Origin: an uncultured archaeon
GTDB lineage: Archaea; Thermoplasmatota; Penumbrarchaeia; JASLWR01
Direction: 5' to 3'
Length of the DNA: 40,604 nt
NCBI GenBank assembly: GCA_964430885.1
Contig: CAYSHM010000024.1
Coordinates: forward strand, 10,135 to 50,738
Part shown: positions 1 to 9,700 of the stretch, piece after piece
Numbering within the stretch: position 1 is the stretch's first letter
How the letters are laid out: each line of letters opens with the position of its first letter
Made by a program: the position numbers and the translations under genes
The notes under the pieces: model-generated
The model's input: the letters and a program-made list of their open reading frames with translations, nothing else
The model's database searches: none
What the model was told of the DNA's origin: nothing

Positions 1-63
1 GAGGATGATTACGAGGATGATTACGAGGATGAATACGAAGATGACTATGAAGAAGATGACTAT
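1..63 (+). repeat. Degenerate 12-bp coding tandem repeat (GAGGATGATTAC, encodes EDDY), about 5 units, cut by the window edge
   Basis: gaggatgattac gaggatgattac gaggatgaatac gaagatgactat gaa-gaagatgactat. Confidence 0.85.
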
Positions 64-603
64 TACGACCCTGGAGACCGCAAGCGGGCAGCCGAGGAGC
101 ATTACCAGGTCCCGTGCAGATGTGGTTCCACAATAGACATATGGACCGCCAAGAGACCTACCCGAATAAAATGTGATAATTGCGGAGCCAAAGGAGTTCT
201 CAAGTCCATGGGTAAGAAGGTTTCCGAAGATTATCATGGTGATTTCAAGTATGAGACACCAAAGGATTACGGTGAGGAACCGCAGTATAAATCCGGCCGT
301 CCCACAGAGAAAAAACCTGCCAGGAGAAGAGGCGGGCGGAAAGGACGTGATGAACCTTCAAGGAAAGAGAAACCCAAGATGGGTAAGAAGGAAATGCAGG
401 ATGAAGCGTTCCAGCTCCTTTTCAAGCTTGAGAAGCTTATGGACAAGGCAGCCAAAAGAAAACTGTACTTCCCCGAGATCGAGGAAGAGGTGGAGTATTT
501 GGAAGCCGACATCAAGAAAGCCAAATCCCCAGTACAGCTTCAGGCAGTCATGGATGAGATAAACAAGATGGGTAAGGAAATCAGTCAGAGCATGAGACGG
601 TAA
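1..603 (+). CDS. 5'-truncated protein: acidic EDDY repeats, zinc ribbon (CxC...CxxC) and a charged helical C-terminus; possibly the cytoplasmic tail of another membrane protein
   Basis: Frame 1 is open from base 1 to TAA at 601-603 and reads EDDYEDDYEDEYEDDYEEDDYY...VPCRCGSTIDIWTAKRPTRIKCDNCGAKGVLKSMGKK...; the ORF-track 208..603 call is only its 3' part. Confidence 0.8.
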   Translation, partial: EDDYEDDYEDEYEDDYEEDDYYDPGDRKRAAEEHYQVPCRCGSTIDIWTAKRPTRIKCDNCGAKGVLKSMGKKVSEDYHGDFKYETPKDYGEEPQYKSGRPTEKKPARRRGGRKGRDEPSRKEKPKMGKKEMQDEAFQLLFKLEKLMDKAAKRKLYFPEIEEEVEYLEADIKKAKSPVQLQAVMDEINKMGKEISQSMRR

Positions 604-799
604 GCCAAAATCTCTAAACATTTCCGGCATTCCAATACATCAATACATCAATACGTCTAGGTCCTCTAGATTCTTCCATTAAGCGAGGATTTATGGATTA
701 CAATATTGATGCTAAATTGGCGATAGAGAATTCCATGGGGTAATATCGATTATAAAAATGATAATACTATGAATCAGTATTGAGAGGAACTCGGATAAC

Positions 800-1009
800 A
801 TGGCTGAAGACGAATATCATTTTCACGATCCAGAAGTGGGCCAAGAAGGCCCCTCATTTTCAATCATTAATATACTGTCATCCTTGAAGGATAAGGGATT
901 GAAAGGCACGATTACGGACCGACGCCTGGGCCCACACGTACATCTGACCCTGCTTCTATTTCTTGTCATATTGATGACTATTATCAGCGGTATCATTTTG
1001 ACCATCTAG
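800..1009 (+). CDS. Small hypothetical protein with one C-terminal transmembrane helix
   Basis: 69 aa; purine-rich GAGAGGA upstream; hydrophobic C-terminus LTLLLFLVILMTIISGIILTI; AT-rich upstream intergenic region. Confidence 0.55.
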   Translation: MAEDEYHFHDPEVGQEGPSFSIINILSSLKDKGLKGTITDRRLGPHVHLTLLLFLVILMTIISGIILTI

Positions 1010-1127
1010 ATTGAACTTCGGATCAAATGAAAAATTCTAAAATAGTCGTTCACCCGTTGTCTTCAAAATATCATCCTCTAGGCAGCAGTTTGATCTTTTC
1101 AAAATATAATTACCGGTAGGTATCATC

Positions 1128-1490
1128 ATGTATCAATGGAAAAGGGTTCTGATAGCTGTAGTGGGCGGAGCGGTTCTTGGAGTATTATGCATTATAGGTG
1201 TTGGAACCCGGTTGGGTTATTCGGGAAACGGCATATTATTATCAGCAATATGGTTCAACAGGGTTGTAATGGGTCTGGTAATAGGACTGGCTCCCTTCAT
1301 AAAGATCAAAGAGAACCTGCCTACAGCAGCTGTCAGGGGACTGATATTGGGTCTGATAATCAGCGGATCCCTGTTGTTGGCCACGGATTTCATAGACATT
1401 CCAGGTTTTTTTGCAGGTATAGCCTATGGTGCGATAATCGATTTGGCCGCTACCAAGTTAGCCCCGATGCCAAAAAATAAAAACCAATAA
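1128..1490 (+). CDS. Small integral membrane protein (about 4 TM), function unknown
   Basis: 120 aa, Gly-rich hydrophobic segments; GGTAGGT upstream of ATG. Confidence 0.8.
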   Translation: MYQWKRVLIAVVGGAVLGVLCIIGVGTRLGYSGNGILLSAIWFNRVVMGLVIGLAPFIKIKENLPTAAVRGLILGLIISGSLLLATDFIDIPGFFAGIAYGAIIDLAATKLAPMPKNKNQ

Positions 1491-1514
1491 ATGAAATTAC
1501 ATGCTATCAGGACA

Positions 1515-4500
1515 TCAGAATATCTCTTCCCCAAGAAGTCTCATTATTGTTCCCGAGCCAAAATAATCTATGGAATAACCCTTTTTCAGATGTCTTTTAA
1601 TATCCCACTCGATCTTCTTTGCAACGTTGTCCCTGCTTCCGGTCACCACGCGGTCCACGACCCACGCAGTGTCCCTGGCAGTAATCCAGAATACCCCTGC
1701 AATGTCTGTTTGGGAACCCTGGATCCTTCTGAGTTCATATTTCCTGAACTTGTTCGAATCGGGTTTTCTGATAATTATGAAATCCATCTTGCTGGCTGTG
1801 ATCTTGTCCAGCTCGCTCTGATCGATCATTCTGCCTTCTCTCATTCTAACAAAGCGAAGAATTAGGAAGAAAGCTCCGAATCCCAGAAGAGCCGATATTA
1901 TCACAATTATGGACCAGTATAGGATTCCCCGTCCCTCTTCCTTTTGCTTCTTCGAGGTGCTGTTGTCATCATCATCATCCGAAGGGCCGTCTCCAAGGAC
2001 AGTAACCGTTAAGGAATCATTATCCCAATTCCCTCCTGCATCGGACACGTTCAGAAATACCCTGTATTCTCCGGGAATATCAAAGTTGAAATAGACAGCT
2101 TTTCCATAGAGTATTGTATCTTCCCCGATGTATTGGATGGTCCACTGGTAACTTGTAATGCCAATGTTGTCGGTGCTTGCATTAGCTGTGAACTTCACAT
2201 CCCGTCCTGCCATTACCACCCTGTTGAGACCTGCATCGGCTATAGGTGTGATATTATCCCTTACCACTGATATGATTATGGAATCTCCAGCCCAGTTTCC
2301 CTGTTCATCGCTCACATTAAGGGTAACGGTATATTCACCCTTTTCCGAAAATATATAGGTGAAGGTCTCGGTATAGAAATGGATCAACATGCTGTCGTTG
2401 AGACTCCAGGTGTAGTTTGTTATTGCCACATTGTCTGCCGATCCCGTGGCATTGAACTCAACGGCCTCACCGATGAAAACAGTTCTGTAGGGACCCGGGA
2501 CGGCGATGGGTTTCTGGTTGTCCATTACTGTTACATTGAAGAATGACTTATCCCAGTTTCCCTTGAGGTCGGTAACATTCAGGGTGACCAGATAATTTCC
2601 AGGAATGAGGAAAGTGAAGTTGGCGGTCACGCCGTACAATGTCCAGATAGTGCCGCTGTATTCAAAGGACCAGGAATAATTTGCGATCTTTATGTTGTCA
2701 TAGCTCTCCGATGCGTTGAACAGCACTTCCTCATCCTGCGGGGTGCTGATATCGCCCTGTGTTACCGCAGTAGGCGCCTCGGTATCATTGCCGCCTCCCA
2801 GCAATGTTACGTTTACTACCAGCTCGTCCGTGTTCCAATTACCCAGTGCATCGCTGACATTAAGTGTGATATTGAAATTTCCGGTGATATTGAAGGTATG
2901 ATTTGCAGACATTCCGAACAGTTCCACAATACTTCCGTTGTATAGGAATGTCCATGTGAAATTGACGATACCTATATTGTCGCTGCTCATAATGGCATTG
3001 AAGAAGACAGAGTCACCCTTTTTGACAAATTGGTCATCTCCTGCCTGGGCCCAAGGCGCTTCCTTATCCACTGCAGTAATGTTCATTTCACCGGTGTCCC
3101 AGTTCCCTGTTCTGTCTGTTACGTTGAGAAGGACGACGTAGTGTCCTGCATTATCAAATCGGTAGGTTGGTGAAATTCCAAAGAGCTCGACCATTTCTCC
3201 ACCATGTTCAAAGGTCCAGGTGTAATTATGGATGCCTAAGTTGTCCGTGGAATTTCCCCCATCCATCAGGGCCCAACCGCCCTGATCTATTACAATATCG
3301 TCTCCCGGATCCGCCGTTGGCTCCAGAATATCAGTAAGGAAAACAGTTTCAGACCTGTAACTGTCAAGAACAATAGGCACCCTTAACTCGCTGCAGCCTG
3401 GATAGTTAATCTCCAGAATATGGTCACGGTCCGGATGATACCCGTGATAGCCGTATCTGAACTCCACACCTTCCAAATCCTGGGCAATTCCCATTGGTCC
3501 GGTGAGTTTCATTTCAATCTCGTAATCCGAACTGTTGAGAAGTGTTACATATGCTCCCTCTATGGGTTCCTGCCATGCTGTCAGGACCTCTACTTTGCAG
3601 GGCCATTTAACAGTAACGTTAGAATGGCGGTCAACAGTAAATGAGTCATTCTTGTAGCTGGAGTTAAGTAAGATAACTTCTACGATATGATCCTCATTGG
3701 ACCCTTCTATGAGAATTGTTGAATTTCCCGGTCCTCCTGTTGTGTTCAGTATCATACAGTCCTCAAGCACCAGGGTCTTTTGGTTGATGTTGCTTGTGAT
3801 ATGAATATTTTCCTCCCAGGTATCGGAAATATTGCAGCCGGTTATTGAAGGAATTGCAGGTCCCTTTATCCTCAATCCGTGCAGGGTAGTGTTTGTTATG
3901 GTGGAATTAATGATGTCTGGCTGACCCACACTGATGTAAACGCCGGTCCCATCGCAGCTGAATATGCTTGAGTTGGAAAGTACAGCGTCCGAGGTAAGAT
4001 GGACGCCGCCGCTGTAAGTCCCTCCGTCCCCGGTATCATTGATCTGACAGTCCGAGAAATGGGGCGCTCCCAGCCCATCAAACTTGATGCCCCAATCCAT
4101 TGAATGGTTGATAGTACAGCCCATGATTCTGCTGTTTCCGCCTGATATGTCAATACCAACAGTTGAGAAACGGATGTTGGTGTGATTGATATGGGCGAGC
4201 CCTCCATTCTCGATCACTATACCCCGATAGTCTCCCGGGGAAGGCATTGATTCATTGCTTGTCACTATAACCGGGTCTGGTCGTTCTCCAGCGATGACTA
4301 GTCGACCGCCGTTCTGAACAATGAGTTCTCCCCCTTCTATACTGGAATTGATCATAACCAAACAGCCGGATCCGATGGTCAGGGTATTACCGGGTGTAAC
4401 AGTAATCCTGCCTTCTATGACATGTGGATTTTCAGAACCCCATACCTCGTCGAATTCAATATCTCCATTATGATATATCTCCCCTTCTCTATTCGGTCTG

Positions 4501-4580
4501 CTCCCGTAACTTGCCAAAACAATACCGGGAATCGCTAAAAGCATCACGACGTACCAAACGGCTATTTTCCTGATTCTCAT
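1515..4580 (-). CDS. Cell-surface protein: signal peptide, parallel beta-helix repeats, 5 PKD/Ig repeats, TM anchor, ~110-aa cytoplasmic domain
   Basis: N-terminal hydrophobic signal; beta-helix-like repeats (GIDISGGNSRIMGCTI, GVYISVGQPDIINSTI); five repeats D..P.A..G....FNA..S.DN..I.NY.W...G.Y.V.LNV.D..GNW; TM ILYWSIIVIISALLGFGAFFLIL; GGGTGGGTG SD-like upstream. Confidence 0.9.
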   Translation of the reverse strand: MRIRKIAVWYVVMLLAIPGIVLASYGSRPNREGEIYHNGDIEFDEVWGSENPHVIEGRITVTPGNTLTIGSGCLVMINSSIEGGELIVQNGGRLVIAGERPDPVIVTSNESMPSPGDYRGIVIENGGLAHINHTNIRFSTVGIDISGGNSRIMGCTINHSMDWGIKFDGLGAPHFSDCQINDTGDGGTYSGGVHLTSDAVLSNSSIFSCDGTGVYISVGQPDIINSTITNTTLHGLRIKGPAIPSITGCNISDTWEENIHITSNINQKTLVLEDCMILNTTGGPGNSTILIEGSNEDHIVEVILLNSSYKNDSFTVDRHSNVTVKWPCKVEVLTAWQEPIEGAYVTLLNSSDYEIEMKLTGPMGIAQDLEGVEFRYGYHGYHPDRDHILEINYPGCSELRVPIVLDSYRSETVFLTDILEPTADPGDDIVIDQGGWALMDGGNSTDNLGIHNYTWTFEHGGEMVELFGISPTYRFDNAGHYVVLLNVTDRTGNWDTGEMNITAVDKEAPWAQAGDDQFVKKGDSVFFNAIMSSDNIGIVNFTWTFLYNGSIVELFGMSANHTFNITGNFNITLNVSDALGNWNTDELVVNVTLLGGGNDTEAPTAVTQGDISTPQDEEVLFNASESYDNIKIANYSWSFEYSGTIWTLYGVTANFTFLIPGNYLVTLNVTDLKGNWDKSFFNVTVMDNQKPIAVPGPYRTVFIGEAVEFNATGSADNVAITNYTWSLNDSMLIHFYTETFTYIFSEKGEYTVTLNVSDEQGNWAGDSIIISVVRDNITPIADAGLNRVVMAGRDVKFTANASTDNIGITSYQWTIQYIGEDTILYGKAVYFNFDIPGEYRVFLNVSDAGGNWDNDSLTVTVLGDGPSDDDDDNSTSKKQKEEGRGILYWSIIVIISALLGFGAFFLILRFVRMREGRMIDQSELDKITASKMDFIIIRKPDSNKFRKYELRRIQGSQTDIAGVFWITARDTAWVVDRVVTGSRDNVAKKIEWDIKRHLKKGYSIDYFGSGTIMRLLGEEIF

Positions 4581-4597
4581 ACACCCACCCTTTTAAA

Positions 4598-4615
4598 AAA
4601 TCCTCAGGAGGATTT
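4598..4615. promoter_or_regulatory. Perfect inverted repeat AAATCCTC-AG-GAGGATTT; candidate operator in a divergent promoter region
   Basis: 8-bp arms with a 2-bp spacer, ~18 bp upstream of the 4580 start, between divergent genes. Confidence 0.35.
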
Positions 4616-4955
4616 CATTATAGGTTAATACTAATTGGACATGCCCAATAAATAACGTCTAAACCCCCGTAAAGACGAACAAAAGCATATCTAATGTCAC
4701 GGTATATAAATGTAACTATACTCACTCCAAAGTAGGAACACATTTACTGCCTGGAATTGATGGATTCATATAATTTCCTATGGGAAATCGGGATACATAG
4801 GTTTTTCTCTGGATAACTCTGCCAATATAAAAATCGGGAAAAAGGATAAATACAAATCAAATCGATTCCGGGCCAATCCTTTATTTTGATTATATGTTGC
4901 TAAATAGGAAATAGTGAACCAGTCAATTGAAATTGATCAAATATCAGGTGATAAA

Positions 4956-6665
4956 ATGACAGATAAAAAGGTAATGAATCGATGGCTGGTAGTAGTGGGC
5001 GCACTTCTTATCCAGCTGTGTTTAGGAGCAATCTACGCATGGTCGGTGTTCACACCTCCTCTGGTGGCCCCGCTACCTGATGAGGATTTCACGGATACGG
5101 CTCTTATTGATGGCTTCGAGATCGCCATAATGGATGATCTTGAGCTGGATGAGAAGAACGAGATCTCGTTCACCATCACAACAGGAGATGCCAAAGCGGA
5201 TGCAACCAACATCTCGGTGACAATGGAACTGAGGGACCATAAGAACGGACTCAGGAAGGATGACGACGGTGATGAAGTAATAAAGGGCCCCTATAATGCT
5301 ACGGGCTCGAATGGGGAATATACCTTTACAATACCCAAGGACGATATGGCCCTAGCAGGTAACTGGCATTTTCTCATAGAGGGGAAAGTACAGGTGACCG
5401 GAAATGCTACGGTCGATCTGGATTATGATGTTCTTCAAGAGGTTGGTACCGGCGATTTTGGATTCACCAAGACACAGACCCAGATAATCTTTTCAGTTGG
5501 TCTTTTCTTCTTTGCTGTTTTTACAGTAGTAGCAGGACGTCTGTCCAAGAAATTCTCTCCAATGAATCTTGCCATGGCCGGTGGTATCGTACTCGGTATC
5601 GGTTATATAGGCGGTAGTCTGGTTGGAACATCATTTGCCGGCCTTGTAGCCACCATCGGCGTCCTTGGAGGTATAGGTATAGGTCTTGCATATGTGGTTC
5701 CTGTGGCTGTAGGTGTCAGATGGTTCCCGGACAAGAAGGGTCTTATCACTGGTCTAGCAGTGGCGGGATTCGGGTTCGGGGCTCTGATATGGGTCAAGCT
5801 CTGCACGGGATTTGTCTTCGGACCGGTTTCCCTTTCAGGTGATTGGGCGGGTCTCTATGGGGTATTCAGTGTTTCTCAGGTCTTCATGGTCTATGGTATT
5901 GCCTTTGCAGCGCTTGTTATAATTGGCGGATTGGTCATGAAACATCCACCTGAAGGCTGGAAACCCGATGGTTGGGAGGAAATCAAGATTGAGGAAAAGG
6001 ACAAGGGAAGCCGGGGAGATGTTGAGTTCACCCCCGAGGAAATGAAGAAAACACCGCAGTATTATATGCTGTTCTCCATGTTCCTGTTCGGTGCTATGGC
6101 TGGTCTTATGGTTATTGGGATCATCAAATTATTCGGTATTGATGCATTGAAGGATAGCGGTTATACTGCTACAGAAGCTTCTGTGATCGCAGGCACCGCA
6201 ATGGCATTGTTCTTCTCACTGGCAAATGGTATTGGAAGAATTGCCTGGGGCATCATCTCTGATAAAATAGGTAGAAAACACTCATTTGTAATAATGTTCA
6301 CGATACAGGGAATTACATTTTTGTCCTTCTATTTCCTGGGCAGGAATGAATACCTGCTTTATCTTGGTGCGACCCTTGCAGGTTTCAACTTCGGCGGTAA
6401 CTTTGCTCTATTCCCCGCAGCTACAGCGGATTTCTTTGGTAACAAATCTGTGGGGCAGAACTACGGATGGGTATTACTATCTTATGGTATTGGCGGTATT
6501 GCCGGACCGATCCTGGGTGGTATAATGGGTGATAATGAGGCTTGGCTTATTGCCTTTATTGTGGCCGGAGTTGCACTCCTGATTGCGGCGGGGATCGGTC
6601 TGATGCTCAAGACCCCTGAGAGAAAAGCGGTGGAGAGTTCCAAAGAACAAGAGGCTGCTGAGTAA
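4956..6665 (+). CDS. MFS transporter, oxalate/formate antiporter (OFA)-like family, with a soluble domain inserted after TM1
   Basis: NRWLVVVGALLIQLCLGAIYAWSVF, RWFPDKKGLITGLAVAGFGFGA, ANGIGRIAWGIISDKIGR, FGGNFALFPAATADFFG motifs; start moved from GTG 4914 to ATG 4956 because GGTGA SD-like lies just upstream. Confidence 0.92.
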   Translation: MTDKKVMNRWLVVVGALLIQLCLGAIYAWSVFTPPLVAPLPDEDFTDTALIDGFEIAIMDDLELDEKNEISFTITTGDAKADATNISVTMELRDHKNGLRKDDDGDEVIKGPYNATGSNGEYTFTIPKDDMALAGNWHFLIEGKVQVTGNATVDLDYDVLQEVGTGDFGFTKTQTQIIFSVGLFFFAVFTVVAGRLSKKFSPMNLAMAGGIVLGIGYIGGSLVGTSFAGLVATIGVLGGIGIGLAYVVPVAVGVRWFPDKKGLITGLAVAGFGFGALIWVKLCTGFVFGPVSLSGDWAGLYGVFSVSQVFMVYGIAFAALVIIGGLVMKHPPEGWKPDGWEEIKIEEKDKGSRGDVEFTPEEMKKTPQYYMLFSMFLFGAMAGLMVIGIIKLFGIDALKDSGYTATEASVIAGTAMALFFSLANGIGRIAWGIISDKIGRKHSFVIMFTIQGITFLSFYFLGRNEYLLYLGATLAGFNFGGNFALFPAATADFFGNKSVGQNYGWVLLSYGIGGIAGPILGGIMGDNEAWLIAFIVAGVALLIAAGIGLMLKTPERKAVESSKEQEAAE

Positions 6666-6720
6666 GAATTCAAATGAACATGAATTTGAATCAATATAGA
6701 AAAGTATTGAGGCATACCCT

Positions 6721-6777
6721 GCTTTGAAGATGCTTTCAAGCATTTTAGATATGGGGTATGTCCCATTTTAATTTTAT
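6721..6777. terminator. Candidate terminator region between convergent genes
   Basis: Imperfect hairpin GCTTTGAA..TTCAAGC, then ATGGG-N6-CCCAT followed by a T-rich tract, between stops at 6665 (+) and 6797 (-). Confidence 0.3.
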
Positions 6778-6796
6778 GAATTCTAAATAATTATGA

Positions 6797-9700
6797 TTAG
6801 AAATCTATTTTGAACAATTCTTCATCATCCCGTTGATCCGTATCGGGCTTGCCAGGATCGCGCCCCTTTTCTACCATTGATCTTCTATCCTCTTCTTCTA
6901 TAACATTGAACCTACTGGTTTCAAATTCTTTTCCCAGAATAAGAGATCTCAGAGATGTGTCACAGTTTGGGCAATGTCCCACCTTGGACCCGCATTCCTC
7001 ATGAAAAATACTCCCGCAGTTGCAGAATATAGGCATGGTCCCGGGAGTAATGTGTTGAAGACATATCTTGCATTTGTAGCGGTTCAGCAGTTGCAGGGCC
7101 TCGGCCTCTCGGATAGTACCTGCTCCGAGATCAGGTTTTTCATATCCCGCCTCTATTTCTCCCAATACCTTCTCCTCGACCTCTTTCTTGCTCTCTATGG
7201 TATACTTGTTCATCTCCAGAAGTACACTCAGTATCTCATCCAAACCTGCCAATCCACTTTCACTGCCGTCCCAGTGTTTCAGCAGGTCCTTATACTTGTC
7301 CCAGGTCCTGATGAGCCTCCAGCGCATTTTTTCCCTAAGGCCGCTCTCCTCACCCTGGAATACAACAGCTAGGTACATGGAGACCCCTCGTTCGATATAG
7401 ATGTTCATCTTACCGTACTGGAGACTTTTCAGACAGCCGGATGTATGAGTGAAGGAATCCTTAATAAAATCCGTGATAGCTGTCAGCATACCTCCCATAA
7501 TGTCCTTGTCCATACCTTTCTTCAGCTGGGATGCTCCCTCTATATGCTTAACCAATCTTCCATCAATATATATTAGAAAGATGTCCGTTATCATGAATAC
7601 ATTTTTGTCTGCCACTACCTGGGGCCCGCCGTTGAGGGATCCGTCCTCGGTGATCATGACCTCGATATCATCCATATCTACATCTTCCCCGCCTTCAAGT
7701 GTGAATTCTCTTGGACCAGATTGTTCCGGGTCCTTTTCGGTCTCATCATTGTCCGACCTGGTTCTATCCCGTCTCTGTTTTAATAGTACAATTATGAAAA
7801 GAAGGATTAGAATAAACACAATAACTGTAATGAATATCAGTGTCCAGCTTCCGCTTTCATCAGTTTCTCCGTTGCTGCCTATCCCGTCATCCTTGTATTT
7901 TACCTCTAGGACCAGGTCCAATCGGCTGGAGTTTCCAGGATAGCTAAAGGCGATGGATATATTGTATAGACCCGGTTCTAGGGATGCCGTATCATTAACA
8001 TTTACCTCAAAAGTCAGGTTGCTGCCTGTGGGAAGGTCCAGCTCTCCTTTCATGGTGACGTGGGATGTAATATTGGTAATAAGTTCAAGGACCAGATTAG
8101 TGGGGACATTGCCCCTGTTGTGAAAACTGATATTTATGGTCAGATTTGAGCCCTGATCAACATCATACTTGAGGTCCGGGACCCAGGCTGTAATGTTGAA
8201 CATATCCTTGTAGGAGGCATCAACACTGAATGACCAGATGCCGCTTTTGCATATTCCCAGGGTTCCGTTGGCATAGGGTATGACCTTCCATAGGTAGGTG
8301 TTGTTCGGTTCAAGGTCATGGATAACATGATAAAGGTTTTCGGTCCGCTCGATATTTAGCAGTTCATCCCCCTCTTTACCGAACCAGACCGTATAGGTGA
8401 TATTATCGGAATTACCCTTTATCAGGGACCAGGTGAGATTCACACTTGTGGTATTGATGGTCCGGTTGTCCGGGGGTGAGGTCAGATTAACCTCCAGGCC
8501 GGGCTCGCTAAGGTTGACCTTGAACTTCCACGTACCGTTCAGGCATTTGCCGACATCACCGTCTCGGGGTATCACGGTCCAATAATATACTGAATCGTCC
8601 TCTAGCTCTTCCACTGTCAGCTGCTGTAATTTCAGACCGTTATCATGTATCTTTGGTGTAGAATTCTTTCCCAGATAGACGTCAGCCCTGATATCCGATA
8701 GAGGCGTATCAATATCGCCCAGCAGCCATAAAAGTGTGACGCTGTCCGAGTTAATCGTGTCATTGTTCCCAGGGAAAAGTAGTTGAGAGGTAGGGACGTC
8801 ATTGATGTTGATAACATCTATGATGAATTCATTGCTGGTTGAGGTCTGACCGTAAACGTCTGTACAATTTACCTTTACGGATACATTGCCAGTCCAGTTA
8901 TCCTCCAAATGGATCACATCCAGGTATGATCCGTTGATCTCTAATGTAACATTCTCGGTATCGAACATATCCCAAAGCTGGAATTCGAGTTCTCCGATAA
9001 GATAATGCGTGTTGTTGAAATAGCTCCCAAAGTTCAGAAAGGACTGTCTCGTTTCCTCCTCATTGATGGTCTGATTGGAAATGTTCCTGATCCTTCTCGG
9101 GGGTTCCATTTTCGACCAGTTCAGTCCCCATTCCAGGATGGAGGGGCTCAGGGTATGGGATGAATTCATTACCGCAGTGAGCGTAAGGGCAGGATGGTCC
9201 AATGTATTGAATTGCTTCAGACATAGAATGTTCTCCCCCTGGGTCAGCTGGCCTTTCCATAGGTTCATTCCTCTGGTCTCCGAATCCAAAGAGAGGGTGA
9301 TATCTGAACCCGGCGGTAAGTCCGCCCGTGCAAATAAGGATGTCCAATATTTTCCCTGGGGGATTTCTTTAGGTAGGGATGCCATATTGCCGTTTGGGCG
9401 GAACACCATGGAATCCCGATCTATTTGATGGTCTGGAAGGGCAGTATCAAATATGGCTATTTGATCCAGATCGCCCCGGAATTTCCCTCCGAACTTGAGG
9501 TCCAGATCATTGGAGAAATGCATGTCCTCTAGGGCAGCTGACGCGGATAGTTCTCCGTTCACATACAGACAGAACATCCCTGAATTATAGCTCATTGCCA
9601 GGTGATTCCATCCGTTGTCAACAGGTGCGTGAAGTTCAGCTTCTCCAAGATTAGCATAGGCTTTCCCCCTTACTGCTCCAATGCCGTAAGAACCCGGTTT

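Noticed and set aside
1-63. Tandem repeat as a possible CRISPR array
   Set aside because: 12-bp units with no spacers, codon-aligned with mostly third-position variation; a coding low-complexity repeat
173-562. 129-aa ORF, and 208 as a gene start
   Set aside because: Alternative frame overlapping the frame-1 CDS, which is open from base 1; ATG 208 is probably internal
633-656. CAATACAT x3 (third copy imperfect) 8-bp tandem repeat
   Set aside because: Very short, probably slippage; no supporting context
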